Shown in pieces: positions 41,571 to 50,584 of a DNA stretch of 64,000 nucleotides. Source of the stretch: Camelus dromedarius (Eukaryota); assembly GCF_036321535.1 (NCBI RefSeq), contig NC_087472.1, positions 96,288,001 through 96,352,000 of the forward strand, written 5' to 3'. A program made the position numbers and the translations under genes. How positions within the stretch are numbered: position 1 is the stretch's first letter; each line of letters opens with the position of its first letter. The notes under the pieces were generated by a model. The model was not told where the DNA came from. It searched no databases and was given only the letters and a program-made list of their open reading frames with translations.

Positions 41571-42585
41571 TTACTCTTAAAAATACTGAATCACTATGCT
41601 GTATACTTGAAACTAATATAATATTGTGAATCAACCATACTTCAATTAAAAAAAATTTTTTTACTCAAGGAGAAAAAAAATTCTGTCTGGATATACTTTT
41701 TCACTTACCAAAAGTTTGACAACAGTGTGGTAAAAGTGTAGGAAAATGGGTACTCAGAAACTTCTAGTGAGAGGATAAACAGGCAGCCTTAATGGAGAGC
41801 AATTTGACAATGTTTATCACAATTTGCTATAGAAATCCAACGTTTAGGAATTTGCCCTATATATACACTCACACATGCATGAAATGATGGACACAAGAAT
41901 TCACTGTTGCACTGGTTGTCATAGCAAAGACTGCAAACAACCTACTAGCCATCACCAGGGAGTTGGCTAATGAATATAGTACACTCATATAAACAAATCC
42001 TCAGAAGCCATAAAAAAGAAAAAGGAAATTCTGCAGACACAGATATGGAAAGCTGTCTGAGAAATTAAGTTTAAAAAGCCAGGTACAGACAAAAGCATTA
42101 CAAGTTGCCATTTATTTAAAAATGGGGAGGCCAATGGACAAAAGTAGGAAGTTAACTTTTCTGTCTATGTCCTTTGGCACCTTTTGAATTTGGAACTATG
42201 TAACTATAATCTCAAGTCAAAAAGAATACTTTTTTTAAAAAAAAATCCCACCCTTTAGAACTTACTGCCGTTATAAACTCATAATCCATTTAGAACACTT
42301 GCTGTTCCTGCTACACTTACCAACCGTGTGGAAGGCCATGTTTCAAGTAAAGAATGAGCTCAAGAAACTCCTCTTATTTTAAAGGGCATAGAGAAATATG
42401 GCCCACAGATGAAAGGGGGACAGAACTCTAGATCCAGAGTATCATTCAGTTAGTGGTTCTCAACCCTGGTTATCCTTCAGAATAACCAAAAATACCAATG
42501 CCCTGTACCCATTCCCAGAACATTTATATTAAAGGTTGGGGGAGGGGGCCCAAGCATGAAAACCACGCATCCAAATGCTTTACAG

Positions 42586-42818
42586 CAGTGGTCCTCAACA
42601 GAAGGTGATTTATTTTGCTCCCCAGGGGGACATGGTGCTGTCTGGAAACGTGTTTGGTTGCCACAACTCCTAGGTGGAGGGAGTGTGGGGGGAGGGGCGC
42701 CACTGGCATTTAGTGGGTAGAGGCCAGGATGCTGCTATAGTAAACCTCCCACGGCGCACAGGTCACCTCCCCAAGGACCTGTCCCAAAATGTCAGATGTG
42801 CTGAGACTCAGAAACCCT
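42586..42818 (+). mobile_element. MER20 (hAT-Charlie), preceded by a MER5-like fragment from about 42452
   Basis: CAGTGGTCCTCAAC...CCCCAGGGGGACAT...CTGGCATTTAGTGGGTAGAGGCCAGGATGCTGCTA...CCAAAATGTCA...GAAACCCT. Confidence 0.8.
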
Positions 42819-45591
42819 CCTTTCAAATAAAACCACTGCTTCTGAAGTAACAAGCAGTTTTAGCCTTCCCTCTTGAATAAGGAAGATAACCTCACTTACT
42901 AGTGTGGATACATTAGGGTAATAAAGCTATTTCAGTGGCCAGAGGAACTACCATTGGTCGCCGTGGCTGTAACAAATACTGAAACATGAAACTCCATGTA
43001 CATCCTTTCGCTGGTCCCAGTCCAGGTATTCTGGTCAAAAACTTCGGTCCCCTTCGTAAAGGAACCAGGGGGAATGTCATAAAGTTCACAAAGTGGCAGC
43101 CTGTGGGTCGGCACAGTCCACACATCTATTCTGTTTGAGCCCCAGGTCTTTTAAAATATACTGAATTGGTGCCAATCAGCTCCCTCTCCTGGAGCCAGCA
43201 TACACCCAGGAGCTTGCCACAGTCCCTGGGCAGCCTGGCTACATGGAATCATTTGCTGCTTCCCCGTTGGGCCTTTAAGTATGTGAGGGGGCTCACCTCT
43301 GTGGTTTCCTCCAATCATTCAGGGGCATAAAGCCTCTTCACTCTCCTTGCTTCTCACCTTAAAAACATCCCCCACACCCATTCTGAATTCTCAAACTCCC
43401 ACATCACTTGCCAAAATAGACTTCTATCAAGAGCTGGAAGAACCAAGACAAAGGGAGAAGGGACGGCCTTTGTGTGACAACTGTCTTCTAGTTGTTCTCA
43501 GTAAAGATAGGCTGCCTGTCACCTGATTCATCCCTGGGCACTACAAATGAGGCTTCAGTTTCTAGCAAATTCCACCACAATTATATATAGCTCTTCTGTG
43601 AGCTTCCTTATAAGGAAAAGACTTCAATTATTAGGCTTCTTCCATTCTCCTCGATTAGACTATCCCTCCACTCCTCCCAAAATAGGTCAGAAGCCTTCTA
43701 CGGGAAATACCTATCAGAAGGTCTGGTAATCTTCATTTTAGAAGCTCATCCCTTTTCCTTTGAAATTAGGATCACACAGTTTTCGAGCTGTGCTTTAGAG
43801 ATGACCTTATACAACCCACACACTTTATTGATGAGGAAAATGAACCCCAGTTCAGTCACTTAGCTAAGGCCAGGCTTTGAGTCAGTGGCAGAGCAAGAAT
43901 TAGAACACTTGTTTTCAGATAATGGTCCTATGGGTTTTCCATGACAACACTATCCCCCGCTGTGGTTTTCCGACTCAAGTAACATCCTTGCCAAGACACC
44001 TATTAACATGGGTAGATACTAGCTGCTATAGAAATAAAACAACTGAAATTCTGCCGAGCTATGAGAGCTATCACTTCAACTTTCAGGGTGGAAGAAAGGA
44101 ATTGGGAGTCTGGATTCCTCTTGTTCCTTTTACTGGGAATTCACCTGTCTCAGTTTACCCCCAATGAAAGGTTGATACCTTCAGAATGGTCTCTAAACCA
44201 TACATTAGGGATGGAAAACATGCTATTTATAGCAACTGCGATATTTTCTTTCTAAACTCTTTAAGTCGGGAGCTGCCTCAAACCTCTAAAATTCTCACAA
44301 GTGGCCAGAGATGGGAGAGTAAAACTACTGAAAATTTTGGGGAAGTGAACTTTAAAATACAAAGATCAACATCTCACTGAACTCTGACTTCTCTTGTCCT
44401 TCGCTGACAAATTGGTTTCTTAAAATTTAATTTGGTCTCAACTTGAACCTATTCCTCTCTTCCTATCTCAACCTAAGTATATACAACATCACATTTTGCA
44501 TATCGGGTATTCCCCGAACGAACGTGCTACCTTCTCTGCACTTAGGTTTTTATGCCCAGACACCATCCCTTGATATTTACATAAAATTCATTAAACGAAC
44601 AGCCGCCCCATTCTCTTCCCTTGAGAGCTTAGAATACATCTTTGCTGCTCCATTTTCTCTTCCTTCCAGGATGCCGCGTTCCGCTTTGATACCTGAGTGC
44701 GCACTTTTGTTTTACTTTCAGGTGTTTCACAACCAGCTCCCTCGCATTCAGCAATTGCGAGTATTCCCTCAGCTGCTGAAACGGCACCACTCTGGGGAAA
44801 CACGATCCAGTTAACAGAAGGTCGTGGAATCTGTTCCCATCTCAGCTAGGCCTCAGGCAGGCTGGGGGCTGGGTCTTTTGCGCGGCCACCTCAATCCATG
44901 TAAACTGCCCACCAGCCCACCCCACAGTGGAGAAGGTGAGTGGCCCATAAAAGGAGAGGAGCGACGAAAGGTGCTGGCACCGAGGCCCGGGTTGTATCAG
45001 ACCCTGCTATGACGCTAGGAGCCCACACACCCGCTCTTCCCCAGCATCTAAGGCGTTTGCAGTCCAGGCCTCTAACTGCTTTCACATTACACGAAGACAG
45101 CAGTTCGAGTCCTGCCGCTCCGGCCACACAGCAGCACCTTAGAGCAGAAAAGGAACAAGATGCCATTGCATAATTTATACGACCTCAAGGTGTTTCTAAA
45201 GCGCTCTTACCGAATAAAAAGAAACCTAAAAATAAAAACGTTAAAAAACCACCCACATTCCGCTCCGAAGTTTTAAGGGCGATGAGGGCTGTGTCAAGTA
45301 GATTTGAAGCTAACGATGGAAGGTTTGGGGAGTTCTGCCCGGTTCCTCGGATGCGGTTTCTGTGTCTCCGGGTTAGCCCCCGGCCAGTGTGCGGGTGCCA
45401 GGCCCTGACCCTCCGCGCCCCGAAATCCGAGCCCCCGGGAGAGCCCCCGGGCATCCCGGAGTCCCGCCCGCGGTTCCCACGGATTTTGCCCGGAGCCTGA
45501 GGAGACCAGCGGCGGTGGACCCGGAAGGCAGCGGCCCCGCGCCGGGCGTGAGGACTGTGGCGACCGCGGGGGCCCACGGCCCCGCACTTAC

Positions 45592-45697
45592 CGAAGTCCA
45601 GGAACTGCTTGATGGAGAGCGGTGATGGCGAGAAGCGCGAGTAGCGCTCAATCTGCTTGGGCACCGGCTGCTTCAGCAGCCACTGGAACAGCCGCAT
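45592..45697 (-). CDS. PDK3: PDK3 coding exon 1 (106 nt)
   Basis: ATG at 45697 in context GCGAGGATGC; encodes MRLFQWLLKQPVPKQIERYSRFSPSPLSIKQFLDF(G); donor G|GTAAGT. Confidence 0.97.
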
Positions 45698-45830
45698 CCT
45701 CGCCGGGGCAGCGCAGAGACCAGCCGAGACGCCCGGGCGGCCGCAGGGGCCGGTGCAGCGGAGCCGCGTGGATCCGGCACGTTCGCCAAGCGCGCACCCT
45801 GGTCTCCGCCTCGGCCTCGGCGCCGCGGGT

Positions 45831-45859
45831 GCAGCCGCCGCAGCAGCAGCAGCAGCAGC
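45831..45859 (-). repeat. (CTG)6 trinucleotide repeat with adjoining CGG/CTG units, in the probable PDK3 5' UTR
   Basis: Plus strand gcagccgccg(cag)6 at 45831-45858. Confidence 0.85.
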
Positions 45860-45926
45860 TCCGGGGCCGCGGCCGGCCGCCCGCGGCTTCCCCAGGCCCC
45901 GCCCACGGGGGCGGAGCCGGCAGCCT

Positions 45927-45932
45927 CACGTA
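45927..45932 (-). promoter_or_regulatory. Candidate hypoxia-response element (TACGTG)
   Basis: Plus strand CACGTA is minus strand TACGTG, lying between the GC boxes and the CCAAT box. PDK3 is a known HIF-1 target in human cells. Confidence 0.5.
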
Positions 45933-45989
45933 CGCGGCGCGCGAGGGGCGCGGGGGGCACGAGGGGCGCGCGGCCGCACGCGCTGGCTG

Positions 45990-45999
45990 CTGATTGGCC
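45990..45999 (-). promoter_or_regulatory. CCAAT box (NF-Y consensus)
   Basis: Minus strand GGCCAATCAG, about 295 bp upstream of the ATG; full NF-Y consensus context. Confidence 0.65.
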
Positions 46000-46334
46000 G
46001 CCGCCAGCCACGCTTTCTTCTGCCGGAGTGCCGCCGGGAGCCGGCGCCTCCTTCCTTGGCTCTTGGGACCAAGACGGGCCGGGCAAGTGCAGCTGCCCCG
46101 GGTCCCGTCCCCGGCTAGGTCCTCCGCGACCGAAAGGTGGCGAAGGTGCAAGGGAACTGGGAGCAGGCTCGGAGCCCTCGCCTGGAATCCCGATCCTACG
46201 CGCCGCTCAATGCCCCGCTCGACCGAAGGCACGTCTTCCGGGAGGCCTTCCTTGGATCTGCTGACTGTTGCACTTCAGGGTATTCGTTGCACCTTGACAC
46301 GTTGATTTTCATGTTCTGTTTACCACCTAACTAC

Positions 46335-46915
46335 AGTGGCTGTTTCATGCCCTCCACCACTACCACCACCGTTGGGCAGAAATAAACTCACTGGTTCGGA
46401 TTCCTTCCGCCCCTCACCATTGGCCAGGATTCATTGTAATGTCACTGACGCTCTGTTTCATTCCCCTCCGTTCCAACCCTTGCGAACACCTTTGGGCAGG
46501 ACTGTTAGATCACTGACTCTGTTTCGTGGCTCGCCACCTCTGGCTCCCACCAACCGTCCCCACCCCCACGCCCCCGCCCAGGCCAACACCTTTGGGTAAG
46601 ATTAATTGTTAAGTCACTGACTGCTACGTGCCGCCACCACCACCACCATTGGACAGGATCAATTATAAAGTCACTGACACTTCTTTTAGTGCCTCCCCCC
46701 ACCCCTCTGTGAGCTCCCCCTAACACCATTGGTCAGGATTAATTGTAAGGGCACTGACTGTTTCATGTCCCTACCACCACGACCATTGGAAAGGATCAAA
46801 TTTAAGAACTTAGGCCCTATCTTTCATACCCTCTTTCATACCTCCACCACCACCATAGGACAGCCTGTTACATGCCTCACCACCGCCAGCATCACTACTT
46901 CTGGGCAGGAGTCTA
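46335..46915. repeat. Degenerate interspaced repeat array (about 8 cores of 35-45 bp with variable C-rich spacers)
   Basis: Cores start at about 46367, 46415, 46487, 46587, 46644, 46724, 46781 and 46851. Consensus CACC(A/T)TTGGnCAGGATTAATTGTAAnGTCACTGACT(CT)GTTTCATG. Confidence 0.85.
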
Positions 46916-48499
46916 TGTATTACATAAGACTAATATAAGAGGGGACATAAGCTCAGGGCTCAATATATGAAATCATTATTTCCTAATGTGAAGGTATACA
47001 GTACAGCTTGCTCTAACCATTTCCACCAACCTTGCTTTATTTTTGGCAACGTGTAAACATCAACTAAAATGAAAGGTATGTTTTCTAAGGAAAGGTAAAA
47101 ATGTAACTGGAAACCACTCCCTTGGTCTCATTAGACTGGTTTTCTCACTGAGTAAGATTATTGGTATGTAGCTATTTAGCTTTTGTGCCTTCCTTGGATT
47201 TTTATGCACACAATTCTTTGCTTAATACTATCTCTACTCTGAACTTAAAGAGAAAAGTAATACATACACTCAAAGACATCAGTGGTCTTCCCTCACCTGT
47301 AGATTTTCAACTACATCTTGGTCATCTTGGTGGTGGTATGGTATGTAGACTACCATGTCTTTTCCATTCAAACCAAAAGCCCAAAGAAGACATAGTAACA
47401 ACCTCTTTAATCAGGAGCTTTGCCAGCAGAGCTAAGGAACCCTGTTGATCTGGATGGGCAGACAAAAAGACCTGTGGCCTGTGGTTCCTCCAGTGACTTT
47501 CTCATGTGCTATCTGGAGGCAGAGTGTACTTGGTTGCAGTTGTGGGAGTCAGTGAGCAGCAAGAAGCTGAATATCAGTGGACAGGGAGTTTTTCCCAGCC
47601 TAAGCCACAAATAACTGATGATCTTTCTGAGCTTGAAAAGATTTGTTTCACTCCCTTTTTTACTGAACAAAATGCTACTTTAAATCTACATAGTCTGCTG
47701 ATTTATTGAATTTTCATGTGCCTCATTTTAATGTTTTCCCAGAAGGTAGTGAAGTCTTAGAAGTTGGGAACAATATGGAAGAGCCTGGTATAATAGAAAT
47801 TGTGCTGGTCCAGGGCTCAAATGATTCAGTCCTAAGCTTGGTTCTATAACTGACTAGCTGTGTGACCTTAGACAAGTCAATTAGCTTTTCTGTGTCCCCG
47901 TTACTTCTTATGTCAGATGGGGATATCCAATTTCTCTCCCTGGCATTTGTGACAATCATAGGAAATAAATGATGTTTAATATAAACACAAGGTATTGTTG
48001 TACCTCTTTTATACAGCAACACTTATAATTTTAGCTAATAGTTTCAAGTTAACTAGCAAAATCCAGAAGCTGGTCGTAGTCATAAGAGAAGGATCTTGAG
48101 AGAAATAAATAGATCATGATGACATTTTTTTCAATTATTTGTACACATCAAGGTCTTGCCCAGGCCCCGCTCCCAGTGGCTCTTGAAGTGGGACCCCTGG
48201 ACTAGCAGCAGGAGTGTCACCTGGGAACTTGTTAGAAATGCAGACTCTTGGACCCCACCCCAAACCTACTGAATCAGAAACTTTGGGGGTGGGGCCTGGC
48301 AATCTGTGGTTTAATAAGCTATGGGGGTTTTAAAGATATGGCCACGAATTCTTTGATATTCCTCCCCTCAAGAGATAGACTTTAATTCTCCTCCCCTTGC
48401 ATATGGGCTTGATTTAGTACTTGCTTCTACCAAATAGAGAATGGCCAAAAGTGATGAGATAACACTTCAAAGATTAGGTTATAAAACAATTTCAGTCCT

Positions 48500-48865
48500 A
48501 TATGACCAGTAATCCTCAAAATTATCAAGACCATTAAAAAGAAGGAAAATCTGAAAAACTGTCACAGCCAAGAGAAGCCTAAGGAGACATGACAACTAAA
48601 TATAATGTGCCAACCTGGATGGGATTCTGAAACAGATAAAAAGGACATTAGGTAAAAACTAAGGAATTCTGAATAAAGGATGGACTTTGGACCAATTTTG
48701 TTTAATAGTAATGTGTCAACATGTGTTTGTGAATTGTAACAAATGTACCCTACTAATGCAAGATGTTACTAGTAGGGAAAACTGGGAAGAACATGTGGGA
48801 ACTTTGTGTACTGTCTTCTCAAATTTGTTGTGAATCTGAAACTGTTCTAAAAAAAATAAAGTCAA
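48500..48865 (+). mobile_element. Old L1 (L1MC-like) 3' end
   Basis: GAAAAACTGTCACAGCCAAGAGAAGCCTAAGGAGACATGACAACTAAA...AACTGTTCTAAAAAAAATAAAG. Confidence 0.7.
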
Positions 48866-48870
48866 TTGTT

Positions 48871-49145
48871 ACAATACAGAATTGATGACTATAGTCATCA
48901 CATTATACGTTACATTCCCAGAGCTGATTTATCTTATAATTGGGAGTTTTGAAAGTTGATCAGAAAGCAGATCTTAAAAGTTCTCATCACAAGGGAAAAT
49001 AATTTTGTAACTATGTGAGTTTATGGATGTGCACTAAATGTATTGTGGTAATCATTTTGCAGTAGATACATGTATCAGTCGTTATCTTGTACACCTTATA
49101 CAATGTTATACATGTCAATTCTAGCTCAATAAAACTGGGGAAAAA
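48871..49145 (+). mobile_element. L1MA-like 3' end with inverted 5' segment
   Basis: 48951-49145 is sense (GAAAGTTGATCAGAAAGCAGATCTTAAAAGTTCTCATCAC...AATAAAACTGGGGAAAAA). 48871-48950 is the reverse complement of the immediately upstream consensus. Confidence 0.7.
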
Positions 49146-50584
49146 GCAAAAGCAGTATCTTTTGGTTACAAAATGTAATGTAAAATATATTCAGATAATA
49201 TAAAGAAAATATTTGATAGCAATAAAAATATCTTATAACCATACAATAACTCCTGAACATTTAAAGCACATGAATGACTACTACTACTAATAATAATAAT
49301 AAAGTCAACATTTTTAAAAAGACTGTGGCTTCTATTTTAAGGTTCCCTCTCTCTCCCTCCCTGTCTGTGTCTGTCCGTGTCTCTCTCTTTCTCTCACTCA
49401 GAAACCACCTGCCATGCTGCGAGAGTGAGCTTGCAAGCACATCCCTTTGGAAGCAGCTCCTTTCCCTGCCTGGCATCTTGACTGTAACCTCATGAGAGAC
49501 CCTGAACCACAACCACTCCGCTTTCCTGGACTCCTGACCCACAGGAATGTTCACAGTTTATTCTAATAAATGTTCATTGTTTCCAGCTGTTAACTTTGTG
49601 GATGATTTATTATGCAGTAATAGTTAACTAATCTACAAGCCCTCCGGATGATCCTGACACAGGCTCAAGTGTGAGAACCAGTGTCCTGCGCTTTGTACTC
49701 TAAACCAGCGCCCAATTCCTGCTTGTTAATGCCTCAGACCTCAGCAAAGTCATCACTTAAACATCAAGGGAGGCTTTCCTTGACCATAAGGCTATGCATT
49801 CCCCGTGCTATATGGTTTCCTGATTCTCCGTGCCTCCCACTGTAACACTCAAAACACTCTGTTATAGGTTGATTAATGCCCATCTTTGGCACTAGACGTC
49901 AGTCCTGTGACCACTGGGCCCAGGTCTGGCTTATTCACTGCTTCATCCTCAGTGCCCAGCATAAGTACCAAACACTACTTAGGTTCACAACAAATATTGA
50001 GTAAATAAATGAAAACCAACGACAGTAACAAAACCTACCCCAAATCACATCCCTTCCAATCAGCTCTCAATGGAGAACAAAGGCAGGGGTAGAGTTCTGA
50101 GTAATTCACACAATAATGGACATTTTATTAAATTATGATTTGATAAAACAAAAGCCAAAATCCAAAGTGGAGTAGAACAGATGAAGAAAAAAATAACCTC
50201 TGATTGTCGTAAAAAAAAAAAAATAACCCCTGATTGTCTCATCATCAATCACTGGTTGGTGGATCGTGTCATAAAATGTCTTCACTATCACTTGATTTAA
50301 TGAAATCCTGGTCTCCCTGTCTTTTCTTCCTCTTTCTCTCTTCACTCTCAGCTAACATTTTTTGAGCACCTGCTGTGTGCTCTGTGAAACTACCTACCCG
50401 TGTTGTCTCTTCACAGTAAATCTGAGGGGTGAATATTATCCTCATTTTACAGGTGAGTGAACTAAGACACAGAAAGGTTAAAATAATTTAAGATTACACA
50501 GCTTGCAAATGGCAGCACAGATTCAAATCCAGGTCTTCTGACTCCCAATTCTATGTTCTTCCATAATACCAGCCTGAATTGTTT

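Larger units (their letters stand above)
5196..45697 (-). other. PDK3: PDK3 gene, partial (coding exons 1-6; 3' exons lie outside the window to the left)
   Basis: Six GT-AG exons splice into one frame, [60 protein letters not shown]...YYLVAPELEVEEFN, matching mammalian PDK3 as I recall it. I found no exon-7-like sequence (AKAPDKPIQVVYVPSHL) in 1-5195. Confidence 0.97.
45270..46280 (-). promoter_or_regulatory. CpG-island promoter, 5' UTR and exon 1 region of PDK3
   Basis: Very GC- and CpG-dense block around the start codon. GC boxes at about 45897-45917 (CCCCGCCC, GGGGCGGAG). No obvious TATA box on the minus strand. Confidence 0.9.
48174..49684 (+). mobile_element. MER5A split by an MLT1 (MaLR) LTR that itself contains L1 fragments
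   Basis: MER5A 5' half at about 48174-48319 and 3' half at about 49637-49684. MLT1 halves at about 48320-48485 and 49315-49637. Confidence 0.75.

Noticed and set aside
42913..43125. 63-aa and 70-aa minus-strand ORFs in intron 1
   Set aside because: No recognisable homology, and the length is within chance expectation.
45185..45697. 170-aa ORF as a complete protein
   Set aside because: Only the first 35 codons are PDK3; the rest is read-through past the GTAAGT donor into GC-rich intron 1.
45282..46385. Many overlapping 70-194 aa ORFs, including poly-Q, poly-A, poly-C and poly-L runs
   Set aside because: Stop-codon depletion in a CpG island. The homopolymer runs are the CAG/CTG tract read in different frames.
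46335..46915. CRISPR array interpretation of the repeat-spacer structure
   Set aside because: Mammalian DNA with no cas genes. The repeats are degenerate and the spacers are low-complexity and vary widely in length.
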